From NCBI GenBank assembly GCA_041601615.1, contig JBFIHX010000003.1:282007-346006 (forward strand): a stretch of 64,000 nt of DNA, in the 5' to 3' direction. This stretch comes from Thermoplasmatota archaeon. Its GTDB lineage: Archaea; Thermoplasmatota; E2; JACPAO01; JAHFTW01. The translations under genes were made by a program, and so were the position numbers. Positions 39,707 to 50,493 of the stretch are shown here, piece by piece. The stretch's first letter is position 1. Each line of letters begins with the position of its first letter. The notes under the pieces are model-generated. The model had not been told where the DNA came from, did not search any database, and saw only the letters and a list, made by a program, of their open reading frames with translations.

Positions 39707-42700
39707 ATGATACCTATTTTAGTTTACAAGCGTCCTCCACACCTGGGCTCTCGTGCATTGTTCATGGTCGCACTCCTTGTTGTTTCGGCATTGTTTTCCT
39801 TCCCGGCCATCCAGGCTGCGGGTACGTCAAGCTCCCTGGTCGGCTACTGGCCCATGGAAGAAACATCTGGGGCCGTGATTGCAGATGTCTCGGGCTTGGA
39901 TAACGATGGGTCCCTCACTATTACGGGCAGTACAGGTGCCATCTCGGGGGCGTCATGGGTAGATGGGGTCGAAGGAAATGCGCTTTCCTTTGATGGCGAC
40001 GACAGCATTACCGTTTCTGATCATAATAATTTTGATTTAACTGACTACTCAATATCACTGTGGATAAAGATGAATGACGTTGGCGCCTGCAACTACCATG
40101 GATTAGTGACGCATGGGGGGGCAGTAGATTATATAAACTATCAAGTATATATTGACTGTGATTGGGTAACATTAAAATCTGATGATGCTGCAGGGAACCA
40201 AAAAAAGTATTTCTCATCATTCAAGCCGGCCGCTGGCAAATGGGAGCACATTATGTGGACTTTTGAAGCGAATAAAGAAATTAATTTTTATGCAAATGGT
40301 CAGCTTTGGAACACTTGGGCCATCAGTCACTCGCCGTACCAATCAAATCAAGCAATTTTTCTCGGAAAAGGCGTGTACTGGGCGCCCCCGATGCGAGGCG
40401 CTATGGATGAAATTAGAATCTATCATCGGGCCCTTTCTGAAGCAGAGGCTATGGAAGAATTTGTTGGGGTGCCTTCGGGACATGGCGTGGTCGCCGAGTG
40501 GAATTTTGATGAGGGATCTGGATCAGAAGTCTATGATAAGCATGTGTGGCAAAAGGGGCGATATGGGGGTGGTGTCAATCTTGATGGATCAGACGAGTAC
40601 ATCAAGGTGGCTAGGTCCAGTTCCATTGCTCCTGATGACACATTTACCATTATGGCATGGATTCGATCCGATTCCAATATTATAGGACACATAATTAGCT
40701 GGGGGGATAATTCTAACGGTTTACGGCGATCATTGCTAGCATGGAATGGGGGGTCGGGCCCTGATCAAAAGCTCTACTTTAGTGGCCATGGGTCGGCGTC
40801 AAATCTTGATAGCGGATTCACAATCAATGATGGGGCTTGGCACCACCTTGCAATCACCAGGGATTCATCCGGAGTCGTACGAACGTACATGGATGGCGTA
40901 GCAGGAAATTCGGGAACTCCCGCACTTTCTGCATATACTGGAAATGATATTCTCATAGGGGCCAATCCGGCGTATGGAGAAAATTTTAAAGGATCTATAG
41001 ATGATGCCCGCATATATAATAAAACGCTTTCAAATAATGATATTGAAGCCATCATGTGGAATCAAATTGGTGCGCCTCAAACGCTCACTGCTTCAGCAGG
41101 GCCGGGCTCTCGAACCATCAGTCTGGCGTGGTCTGCCCCCGCCGATATTGGGACGGGCTCCGCGGCTGCATACGAGATTCACCGGTCTCATCAAACGGGT
41201 GGGCCCTACGCCTACGTCGGAACCACCGCGTCGACCACGTATCTTGACTCCAACCTCTACAGCCAACCGTACTACTATGTGGTCAAGGCCATCAATGGGC
41301 AGGGCACGGGCTCAGCTTCGAACCAAGCAAACGCCAGCCCGGCCGGCGCCCCTTCCTCACCGAACGATGGATTTGACCCCTCCAAATATGTGCCCGAAGC
41401 CCTCACTGGAAACACTCCGTTTGGTGGCGCGGCCCTCAAAAGCCCCTGCGCCTGCCAAGGTGCCCCGAACAGCGTCCACTTGCCCATGGGGGAATTTGTT
41501 GCGGATTTCCCGCTGCTTCATATTGAAAATGACCGCGGCTCGGATTTTGAATTCACTTTGAACCATCGAACCATCGCCAACCCGGATGGCAACAAATCAC
41601 TTGCCTGGGGCTGGGACGCGTCCTGGTTCCGCAGCCTCGAAGCTGATGGTTCCAACTATCTCTACCATTCGGGCAATGGTCACGCCCTGACCTTTACGCC
41701 CTTGAGTGGGGGCCAGTATGCGGGTCCTGCGGGGTCCTACGCAAAACTTGTCCCCGTCTCCGGAGGATTTGAGCTCCATGATCGGGCAGGCACTATCGGG
41801 GTGTTTTCGGCGAGCGAATCCTACCGTCTGACCAAAACCCTGGATGAAGCGGGCAATGAATGGTCGCTACAGTACCACAGTGATGGCTCGCTCTATCGCA
41901 TCGTGGATCCACACAACCGCATAATTACGTTGAGTTATCTTTCTGGCGATAAAGTGGCATCCAATCCGTTCTTTGACCTCCATGGCCGACCCCTTCTAGA
42001 GTCGATCACTGATTTCTCTGGGCGCCGTGCCGAGATCGGATACGACCATGCAACTGGAAACATCAAGACGATCACCACCACGGGCTCCGCCTTCGGCGAG
42101 CCGTTCGAAACGCGGTTTGGTTACGATGATTTTGGCATTATCAAAATTTGGGATAATGAGGGCCAAGAATATCTAAGAAACCACTTCGATCGGCATGGGC
42201 GAGTCGTTGAGCAGGAGCTCCTTGACGGTGTCGGAACCACCCAATACCTTCGTTTTGATTATGATTACAACGGGCGAACAACCGTGACAACCGACGCCAA
42301 CGGCAATGAAGTGGAATGGGATTTCGACCACAGCGGAACGCGTCGCATCGTTCCAAGCGCCCGGACTGAATTCACGCGGAATCTTCGAGAATCTGGATTC
42401 GAGGACCCTGTACAATACGTAACCGAGTACGCTTACAATGCCCAGGATGAAGTGACGAAAGTCACATTCCCCAAAGGCAACTCCGTCAGCTACGGCTACG
42501 ACTCCACCACAGACATCTTTGCCAAGGGCAACCTGCGCACCGTGGTCCAAGACCCTGGCCCTGTCCGCGCCCTGCGCGACGATGGGTCCTATCAACCACA
42601 GATTGAAATTGAATATGTGTATGACTCTGCGTACAATGTAGTGACAAAAATCATTGAGTCACGTGGCAAGGATGCGACGTATGAGCCGCAAAATGGCGGC

Positions 42701-45700
42701 AATCAGAGTGCAGCGCGATACACGACTCGAATCTTCTATGATTTCGAAGAGACCAGCAGCCTCGATTACAACGGTGATGGGGTCACGAACAGCACGGACC
42801 GACGCCCTGTGAAGATCGTATACCCCACCATCCATCCGACGGGAAGCAGCATCCACACTGCGTTCTCATCCGCCTACAGTGGACAGGCTCGGGCCGAGTA
42901 CTTTGAGTGGAACAGTGCGGGGCAGCTCGTGGCACACGTGGACGCGGAGGGGAATCGAGAAAATCGGACCTATTTTGCTGCCAGCGGAGCCCATTCGAAT
43001 CCCTTTGACCGGGAAGGGTACCTTGCATCCGTTGTCGTCGATCCCGAAGGGCTAGCCCTAGCGTCATCATTCGAGTACAGCCCGTATGGCGCAATCATGG
43101 GGATCACGGACCCCAAAGGCAACGAGCGCTTGTTTGAACTCGATGCGCGTGGCCGGATCATTCAGGAAACTGGTCCTGGCTCCACAGCATACCGGACCAA
43201 ATGGGCGTACAACAACAACGATGAACTTGTCCAACTGGAACGCGAAACAGATGCTTCCACTGATACGTACTCTACTCGCGAGTATGCTTACGATGGCCTG
43301 GGGCGTCTCGTAGAAGAGAAGGTCCATGCCACACGCTCCAGCTTCATTGTCGGGGCACTTACAGGTCATCCCACGCCCACGTCGGACACCTTCAGCATCC
43401 ACTATGCCTATGACGGCAATGGGCAGCTCATCCAACGTGTGAACGGCGCTGGCGACGAAGAGACATGGACGTACGACGAACGTGGACTTCTGCTTTCTCA
43501 GAGTGTCGGCGAAGGAAATGGCACCTACACATACGATGGGAATGGAAATTTGCTTGCGCACCAGGACCCGACCGGTTCCGTGACTTGGTTCCAGCACGAT
43601 GGATTCGACCGACCAGCGGCCCGGGTCGATTCCTTGGGCATGCTCAGTATGACCCATTACGACCCGGCAGGAAACATCGTACGCGAACGAGGCTATGCTC
43701 CAGCGCTCTTTTCCGGTTCACCCTCGGGCCGTCCATCCAGCCTTGACTTTGATCGCTTCGATCAAAGCGCAACCTCTCTTCAGTATGATCGACTGTACAG
43801 ATACGACGAGGCGAACCAGGGCTACAGGGCGGATGAGCGCCACTTCTTTTACCAGTCTGGTCATACCCGCGCTTCCACCGTCAACACGTTGTCGCCGTCT
43901 GATGAATGGGATACCAGCCTGCGCGAATACGACGGCATCGGACAAGTCGTTCGGACCGTGAACGACAACAAACACGCGACCACGCATGAGTATGATGCCG
44001 CTCAACGTCTCAAGAAATCCACGGATGTCCTCTCGAACTCGATCAAATTTAACTATGACAAGAACAGCAACGTGCTATCGGTCACGGAAGTCGAACAGTT
44101 GGCAAGCGGCTCCCCAGCAGTCGCATATGTGACTGGCTACAGCTACGATGAAGAAAATCGGCTCACGAAAATCACCAACCCAGACACTACAGAAAAGTCG
44201 TTCAACTATGATGGTCGAGACAACCTTGTCAAGACTATCGATGAACTTGGCAACGTCGTACACACATACTTTGACTATGCAGATCGACCCTGGGTCGTAG
44301 CGCGTGAATTGCGCGTCGGTGGTACTGGCGCTGGAAACATTACGAATTTGATCGAGACCGTGACTCTCTGGGATGGGGCCCATCGGCCTCAACACCAATG
44401 CGACGGAAACGGAGAATGCACCTCATACGACTATGCCGGGGCCTCAGGTCTGCTTCGCAAGGAGACCCACCCGGATGGCATCGTCGTTCAACACAGGTAT
44501 GACGCAGACGGTAGCAGAATTCAGACCACCTTCAACAATGGAAAGCAGCTTGCGATGTCCTACGACGAGCTGGAGCGCTTGGTTCGCCTCGATGTGGACG
44601 TTGATCAGGCAATCATCGGCACTACTCAACAGACGTTTGCGTATGATCCCATGGGACGCCTTGTCCGCACGACTGACAATGGAATCCTGAATGCCGGAAT
44701 TCTTTCCAGGTCCAACGCAATCACAACCACGCAGGAGTATGACTCTTTGGGTATGCTTGTTGGTGAATCGCAAAAAGGCCAGAATATTTCCCATGTGCGG
44801 GATGGTGTCGGATCAATCATCAAGAGTATCTATCCGAATGGTCGTGCAATTTTTAGGACCTACGACAACCTGGAACGATTGAACCATGTCTGGGACAGCA
44901 AAGGCTTCATCGCCGATCATGCCTACGATGGTGGGCATTTGGTGGAAAAATCATTTGGAAGCTCTACTGTGCCCGTTCTCACCTCCAGCTACGAGTTTGA
45001 CGACATGCGACGCATCACCCAATTGGAGCACAGTAAGAGCGGCGGCTCCCTGTTTGCCGGCCAAAAAGTCCGGTTCAACGACGCCGGGGCGCCGACCGCG
45101 CTGGAATTCCTTCCCAATTCCGTTTCAGGCTTGGACCAATTGCTCGGGTTGGATTCTGGGTACCGGACAACCTCCTGGAAGAGTGGAAATCTCAATGCAG
45201 GCACGACAAGCATCTCTGGGGGGACTTCGCACTCGTGGGGTTTGGATGCCGCCAACAACTGGAATTCCTTCAACACAGGATCATCCTGTTCGAGAAAACA
45301 TGGTTCCGGAAATCAGATTCTGACCCAGACTTGCGGGGGGACAACGGCGTCCTTCAACCATGACCTTAATGGGAATATCATCCTTGATGATGAGTTCCAG
45401 TATTATTATGATTTCTTGAACCGCCTCGTCCGAGTGGATAATAAAATATCAGGCGAGCCAGTTATGGCCTTTGGTTATGATGCTCTTGGCAGGCGAGTTC
45501 TCAAGGTAGTTGCTGAGGATCTGGAGGCGCTATCGCCTGGCGGCGTAGAAGTCGGCGTGGACACTTTCTTTACGTTTAGTGGGCAGCACGTGATTCAAGA
45601 ATCGCAGCCATTCGAACCTGGTTATTTTCCGTCGTTGGCTGCGTTTGCTCCTGTTCGTGTGATTCGGCAGTGGACGCATGGGTCTGCGGTCGATGAGGTT

Positions 45701-46861
45701 TTGTCGATGACTTTGGATGAAAATGATGGGGTCTTGGATTCATCGGATCGGCGATTCTTCTACCTGTATGATGCGCTTGGGAGTGTTCAGGGTTTGGTGG
45801 ATGAGTCGGGAAAATTGGTGGAGGGCTATTCGTATGATGCGTATGGTCGTCCAATGGTTCGGACTCCCGGAACAAGCGGAGGCGTGCTTTGGACCAGTGC
45901 AGATACCGTCACAGTAGGCGGAGCAGGTAGTCTCGACAATCCGTTCCTGTTTACGGGTCGGTACTGGGACTCCGAGATCAGCAAGTACCACTACCGCGCA
46001 AGGACGTACGACCCCGAACTGGGGCGGTTCATGTCCAGGGATCCTATTGGAAATTGGGGTGACTCCGGAAACCTAGGAAACGGATATGCGTACGTCGGCA
46101 ACAGTCCCTGGCAGTACACGGATCCGTATGGGTTGTGTCCGTCGTGCATTGGTGCGGTTGTTGGTGCTGCGGTTGGGGCGTTGTGGCAATTTGGCTCCTA
46201 TTCCTATCGGGTTGCCTCTACGGATGCAACATGGGATAATCAGGCGCTTTCGGATGATCTTAAATTTGGACTCATTGCGGGTGCCGTCATTGGAGCCACG
46301 GGTGGTCTCGGGGCGGGTGTTACTGGGACTGTCGCAGCCGGCGGTGCCAGTGCTGGCGCAGTGTTTGGGACGACCGTGGCTGTTGGGGCAGCGGAAGGGA
46401 TTGTAGGCCAAGCCACCTTTGATTATCTTAACGACGGCGCAATCAATGACGGTTTGCAGGCTTATGCGGGCGCAGCAGCATTCGGGGCTGTTACAGCGGG
46501 GGCAGGGTATGGGGTGGGAGCGCTTTGGAAAGCTAAAGGGGGCGCGCGCCTTGCCAATTTAAAAACTGTCGACTCTTTTGAAACGAGTGATAATCTCATA
46601 AAAGTTGGCGGTCGTTCATTTCAACTTACGGGGCATGCATCAGAACGCATGATTGAGCGCGGTATATCGCGGGATTCACTGGTAGAAGTTTTAAATAACC
46701 AACCATTCGTATATAAACATGGTGGAACCACAAAATACGGTTATTTTGACCCATCAACCAACATATTTGCAGCCACGGCAGATGGAAAAATCGCGACAGT
46801 TATACAGGGTGCACGAGTAAGGCCATATGTAGAAAATCTAGGGTGGACTCCATGGAAATGA
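39707..46861 (+). CDS. Secreted RHS/YD-repeat polymorphic toxin: signal peptide, 2x LamG, FN3, DUF6531-like, YD repeats, RHS core, Gly-rich linker, DUF4258-like toxin
   Basis: LVGYWPMEE/MDEIRIY (LamG), ISLAWSAP/YYYVVKA (FN3), many YD..G repeats, RTYDPELGRFMSRDP, YTDPYGL, TGHASERMIERGI. Confidence 0.93.
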   Translation: MIPILVYKRPPHLGSRALFMVALLVVSALFSFPAIQAAGTSSSLVGYWPMEETSGAVIADVSGLDNDGSLTITGSTGAISGASWVDGVEGNALSFDGDDSITVSDHNNFDLTDYSISLWIKMNDVGACNYHGLVTHGGAVDYINYQVYIDCDWVTLKSDDAAGNQKKYFSSFKPAAGKWEHIMWTFEANKEINFYANGQLWNTWAISHSPYQSNQAIFLGKGVYWAPPMRGAMDEIRIYHRALSEAEAMEEFVGVPSGHGVVAEWNFDEGSGSEVYDKHVWQKGRYGGGVNLDGSDEYIKVARSSSIAPDDTFTIMAWIRSDSNIIGHIISWGDNSNGLRRSLLAWNGGSGPDQKLYFSGHGSASNLDSGFTINDGAWHHLAITRDSSGVVRTYMDGVAGNSGTPALSAYTGNDILIGANPAYGENFKGSIDDARIYNKTLSNNDIEAIMWNQIGAPQTLTASAGPGSRTISLAWSAPADIGTGSAAAYEIHRSHQTGGPYAYVGTTASTTYLDSNLYSQPYYYVVKAINGQGTGSASNQANASPAGAPSSPNDGFDPSKYVPEALTGNTPFGGAALKSPCACQGAPNSVHLPMGEFVADFPLLHIENDRGSDFEFTLNHRTIANPDGNKSLAWGWDASWFRSLEADGSNYLYHSGNGHALTFTPLSGGQYAGPAGSYAKLVPVSGGFELHDRAGTIGVFSASESYRLTKTLDEAGNEWSLQYHSDGSLYRIVDPHNRIITLSYLSGDKVASNPFFDLHGRPLLESITDFSGRRAEIGYDHATGNIKTITTTGSAFGEPFETRFGYDDFGIIKIWDNEGQEYLRNHFDRHGRVVEQELLDGVGTTQYLRFDYDYNGRTTVTTDANGNEVEWDFDHSGTRRIVPSARTEFTRNLRESGFEDPVQYVTEYAYNAQDEVTKVTFPKGNSVSYGYDSTTDIFAKGNLRTVVQDPGPVRALRDDGSYQPQIEIEYVYDSAYNVVTKIIESRGKDATYEPQNGGNQSAARYTTRIFYDFEETSSLDYNGDGVTNSTDRRPVKIVYPTIHPTGSSIHTAFSSAYSGQARAEYFEWNSAGQLVAHVDAEGNRENRTYFAASGAHSNPFDREGYLASVVVDPEGLALASSFEYSPYGAIMGITDPKGNERLFELDARGRIIQETGPGSTAYRTKWAYNNNDELVQLERETDASTDTYSTREYAYDGLGRLVEEKVHATRSSFIVGALTGHPTPTSDTFSIHYAYDGNGQLIQRVNGAGDEETWTYDERGLLLSQSVGEGNGTYTYDGNGNLLAHQDPTGSVTWFQHDGFDRPAARVDSLGMLSMTHYDPAGNIVRERGYAPALFSGSPSGRPSSLDFDRFDQSATSLQYDRLYRYDEANQGYRADERHFFYQSGHTRASTVNTLSPSDEWDTSLREYDGIGQVVRTVNDNKHATTHEYDAAQRLKKSTDVLSNSIKFNYDKNSNVLSVTEVEQLASGSPAVAYVTGYSYDEENRLTKITNPDTTEKSFNYDGRDNLVKTIDELGNVVHTYFDYADRPWVVARELRVGGTGAGNITNLIETVTLWDGAHRPQHQCDGNGECTSYDYAGASGLLRKETHPDGIVVQHRYDADGSRIQTTFNNGKQLAMSYDELERLVRLDVDVDQAIIGTTQQTFAYDPMGRLVRTTDNGILNAGILSRSNAITTTQEYDSLGMLVGESQKGQNISHVRDGVGSIIKSIYPNGRAIFRTYDNLERLNHVWDSKGFIADHAYDGGHLVEKSFGSSTVPVLTSSYEFDDMRRITQLEHSKSGGSLFAGQKVRFNDAGAPTALEFLPNSVSGLDQLLGLDSGYRTTSWKSGNLNAGTTSISGGTSHSWGLDAANNWNSFNTGSSCSRKHGSGNQILTQTCGGTTASFNHDLNGNIILDDEFQYYYDFLNRLVRVDNKISGEPVMAFGYDALGRRVLKVVAEDLEALSPGGVEVGVDTFFTFSGQHVIQESQPFEPGYFPSLAAFAPVRVIRQWTHGSAVDEVLSMTLDENDGVLDSSDRRFFYLYDALGSVQGLVDESGKLVEGYSYDAYGRPMVRTPGTSGGVLWTSADTVTVGGAGSLDNPFLFTGRYWDSEISKYHYRARTYDPELGRFMSRDPIGNWGDSGNLGNGYAYVGNSPWQYTDPYGLCPSCIGAVVGAAVGALWQFGSYSYRVASTDATWDNQALSDDLKFGLIAGAVIGATGGLGAGVTGTVAAGGASAGAVFGTTVAVGAAEGIVGQATFDYLNDGAINDGLQAYAGAAAFGAVTAGAGYGVGALWKAKGGARLANLKTVDSFETSDNLIKVGGRSFQLTGHASERMIERGISRDSLVEVLNNQPFVYKHGGTTKYGYFDPSTNIFAATADGKIATVIQGARVRPYVENLGWTPWK

Positions 46862-47070
46862 CATACGACTCAGAAGCTGATGCAGCATCTATTCTATTTA
46901 CTCCTATTTTTCCCGGCATTTCAAGGAAATCGTTTCCCATTGACATCAATGGTCGGGCGTTTACCTTTGATTTCAATGACGCTGGGCAGCTTGTGTCGAT
47001 TGAAATATTAGATGCTAGCACAATTTTGCCAGGGTTAAAGAAGATGGGGGCGGACGCAGAGAACAAATAA
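46852..47070 (+). CDS. DUF2283-like immunity/antitoxin protein
   Basis: M.MTYDSEADAASI...DFNDAGQLVSIEILDAS; overlaps the toxin stop. Confidence 0.85.
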   Translation: MEMTYDSEADAASILFTPIFPGISRKSFPIDINGRAFTFDFNDAGQLVSIEILDASTILPGLKKMGADAENK

Positions 47071-47280
47071 ACCTTACATGGCCCCCACTGGAAAAAATTT
47101 AGTAGCATATTCCAATATGCGGTTAAACTTAAATAAATGAACATTAAGACACGCATTGACGGCATAAATATTGGTGTACTGTGGCAGTAGCTATAGGCGT
47201 TTATCTAGGTAAATTCAGTGAATCAAAAAAATACATTGGGTTGTGGCGATTCCGCTTCTACAAAGGGTCCGGGTTTCTAT

Positions 47281-48185
47281 GACAATCCATTCCTATTTAC
47301 GGGTCGGTTCTGGGATGCGCACATCGAGAAATACACTACCGTGCCCGCACCTACGACCTCGAAATGGGTCGCTTCCTGAGCCGTGATCCAATCGGTGTCT
47401 GGGGTGATTCAGGCAATCTTGGCAATCCGTATGCGTATGTCGGGAATCAGCCGTGGCAGTACACGGATCCGTATGGGTTGTGTCCCACGTGCCTTGCGGG
47501 TGCTGTCGCGGGACTGGTCGCAGGCGTGGCCATTTACGGCGTCGCCGTCGCTACAACGGACGCTGATTTTTCTTGGAAACATCTTGGGCTTGCTGCGGCC
47601 ATCGGCACCGCCGGAGGAGCACTGATAGGCACCGGTGTCGGCATCGGAGCCGGGGCCGGAATGTTTTCCAGCATTGGCGGTGCGGTCGTAGCGGGTGCGG
47701 GCGAAGGAATCCTTACCAGTGTAACTCTTGACACACTTGATGATGCAGCTGTCAATGAGGGTGTGGGAGCATATGCTGCTTCAGCGGCGACGGGGGCCAT
47801 TACAAACGGGGCATTTGCTTCTTTGGGCAAGGGTGTATCGGCGTGGAAAGGCACGCGAGGAAACTCAATCGATGAAATTTGGCCCCCTAACCGAGGCTTT
47901 GCGCACGAGCCTGTGGATCATATCCTTTTACCCGGGGTACGCGTTAATCGGTATGGTTCAGAGGCAGGTACATTTGTCTCCCCGCAAGGCGTGTCATTCT
48001 CTATGCGTGCTCTCCCCGATGCCAGCTTGGCCCGACCGTTTACAACATACGTGGTAGAGGAATCAATCCGAGTTCGGAGTGGGTTATCAGCACCATGGTT
48101 TGGCCAAGAAGGGTTAGGTATCCAATATGAGTTATCTCGACCAGTGAAAGATTTGATCCAAGATGGATTTTTGAGGAGAATATAG
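47281..48185 (+). pseudogene. Orphan RHS-core cassette with TNT-like (NAD+ glycohydrolase) toxin domain
   Basis: Core homology starts at 47281 with a 1-nt deletion near 47335; WPPNRGF, NRYGS..GTF.SP, RALP, PWFGQ.G.G.QY. Confidence 0.85.
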
Positions 48186-48186
48186 C

Positions 48187-48456
48187 ATGAATAGAAAAAA
48201 ATTAGCAAAAATTCTCCTATCTGAGGGATTTCCTCCGTATTCTTTTGAATTTGGGAATTTATGGCCTCTTGACGATGCATTCACCATCAGGGAGGGTCTG
48301 CATGGGTGGCATGTCAAGTATGCCGAAAGGGGGCAGATAAGGAATTGCGGCACTTTCGATTCCGAAAACGATGCTTGTAATTTTTTATACATGGAAATGG
48401 TGGATGCATGGCCAGAAGAACTTAGGAAAAATGTTAAAAATAACAAAAAAACATAG
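48187..48456 (+). CDS. Immunity protein for the TNT-like cassette (Imm59-like)
   Basis: Immediately downstream; W.V.YAERG....FDSE.DAC motif. Confidence 0.75.
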   Translation: MNRKKLAKILLSEGFPPYSFEFGNLWPLDDAFTIREGLHGWHVKYAERGQIRNCGTFDSENDACNFLYMEMVDAWPEELRKNVKNNKKT

Positions 48457-48620
48457 CCCTAAAAATAGCATAGGGCCCCCCATTATTGCCACTATTTCTA
48501 GCATTAGTAAATTTATTATTTTTCAATAATAAAATAAGCCGACGTAAAGAATGATAAATTACTTAGCGCATTTATCTACCACAAAATCGAAATCATAAAA
48601 CTTGTTTTTATTGCAATCCC

Positions 48621-49557
48621 CTGGGACTCCGAGATCAGCAAGTACCACTACCGTGCCCGGACGTATGATCCGGAGCTAGGTCGGTTCATGTCCCGAGATC
48701 CTATTGGAAACTGGGGAGACTCCGGAAACCTAGGAAACGGATATGCGTACGTCGGCAACAGTCCCTGGCAGTACACGGATCCGTACGGGTTGTGTCCCTC
48801 ATGTTTCGGCGCAGTAGTAGGTGCCGCAGCTGGTGCGTTGTGGCAGTTTGGATCCTATTCCTATCGGGTTGCCTCTACGGATGCAACATGGGATAATCAG
48901 GCGCTTTCTGACGATCTTAAATTTGGGCTTCTTGCGGGTGCTGTCATTGGATCCACTGGTGGTCTTGGGGCCAGTATTACTGGCGCCGTAACCGCCGGCG
49001 GTGCTGGAGCGGGGACGGTGTTTGGCGCAACGCTGGCGGTAGGGGCCGCCGAGGGAGTCGTGGGCCAAGCCGCATTTGATTTCCTGGATGATGGTTCCTT
49101 CAATGATGGCTTGCAGGCTTACGCAGGGGCCGCGGCGTTTGGTGCTGCTACCGCCGGGGCAGGATATGGGGCAGGGGCACTTTGGAAGGCAGGGCGAGGG
49201 GCGCATGGGGGTGTGACCAATGGGGCCAGCGAGACCATTGATAACTTTGGCAGAGGGGCAATATCCAGTCCATACACCCGCTCCGGAACACTGACCAATG
49301 ATGCCGTTGCGAATTCATTTGAGATTGAACTAAAGGGGGGCATACGCAATTCTCGGGTCGTTCAACAACTGACTTCAGATGGAAGTTCCATCGACGATTG
49401 GGGCAAATTCGCGACCCGCCAATGGCATGATTCGCCGAGTGGGTCATTCCAGCCGCACTTCTACCGGAACAAAGTGTCCGGACAAGTGAACTACGAAATC
49501 GACTATAAATCCGTGCTGCATCCGAAAAGCATGTTCCCGCTCGGAGGCGGAAGATGA
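48621..49557 (+). pseudogene. Orphan RHS-core cassette with unassigned toxin domain
   Basis: 48621-49190 closely matches the main RHS core and linker, then a different tip (LTSDGS.I.DWGKF.T...HFY.N..SG.V.Y..DYK). Confidence 0.85.
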
Positions 49558-49886
49558 AAGTCAAGGCGGGGCCTCTTGCGAAGGAGGGCTGGTTCGCGGA
49601 AGCCGAGTACGTGGTGTTGGGCATAACCATGCACCCGAAATGGGGATGCCGTTTCATCGTTGAGGAGAGTCCCGATAATCCGGGCCTCCATCCATACGGA
49701 GAAGTCGTGCTTACCGATGGACGTGTGCCAACTTTGTGGCACGCCGCCATTGACGAGGATGGGTCTTTCTCCCTACAGCCGGAGGAATGGACTGCCGAGT
49801 TCTGGCAGGCATACGAAAATGGTGACCCGGCTGCATGGGAAGTCTATCGAAAGGTCAAACAGCGCCTTGAAAAGGAGTCCGCATAG
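49554..49886 (+). CDS. Putative immunity protein for orphan cassette 2
   Basis: ATGA overlap with the toxin; small acidic protein with EYVVLGI and FWQAYENGDP. Confidence 0.75.
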   Translation: MKVKAGPLAKEGWFAEAEYVVLGITMHPKWGCRFIVEESPDNPGLHPYGEVVLTDGRVPTLWHAAIDEDGSFSLQPEEWTAEFWQAYENGDPAAWEVYRKVKQRLEKESA

Positions 49887-50322
49887 AATGAGGTAATCCC
49901 AGTGCCCCAAACCGCATAGTGGAGAACCCGTTTGGCAACGCTTCGAGCCCAGTCGTCGAGATCGCCGTCGTTCACGACGGCAGGGGGTGCACCAGCGGCG
50001 TGAATCACCTGGAAGGCATTACGAACCCCATGCATATCTGCGATGTGAACAACGATTCTTGCCACCGCGTCTCATCCCCTGTTCGAGCGACGAACTCGAT
50101 CAAATCCTTGCCTTCGAAAGCATCTCGTTGAGCGTGAAGGTAGGATTGCAGGGACATTGACGCGCCGCCGAATTCCATTGGCAAGGTACAGAATTACATT
50201 TATAGGGTCTCGATGGCGCCAACAACGGGGACTCTTTGACTCGCACCGGAACGACATTCACGCAAGCGCACGGGGCTGGTAGCCTCGTCAACGCATACGT
50301 TGGAAACCAATCGAGGCAAAAA

Positions 50323-50493
50323 ATCAGCAAATACCACTACCGTGCCCGCACGTATGATCCGGAGCTAGGTCGGGTCATGTCCCGAGATCCTATTGGAAAC
50401 TGGGGAGACTCCGGAAACCTAGGCAACGGGTATGCGTACGTCTGCAACAGTCCTTGTCAGTACACGAGTCTTCTTGGGGGTCGGGTGAGGTGA
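50323..50493 (+). pseudogene. RHS-core remnant without a toxin tip
   Basis: ISKYHYRARTYDPELGRVMSRDP...YAYVCNSPCQYT; homology stops just before DPYG. Confidence 0.8.

Noticed and set aside
45935-50493. Diversity-generating retroelement template/variable repeats
   Set aside because: Differences between repeats are not adenine-specific and no reverse transcriptase is present; they are RHS core copies.
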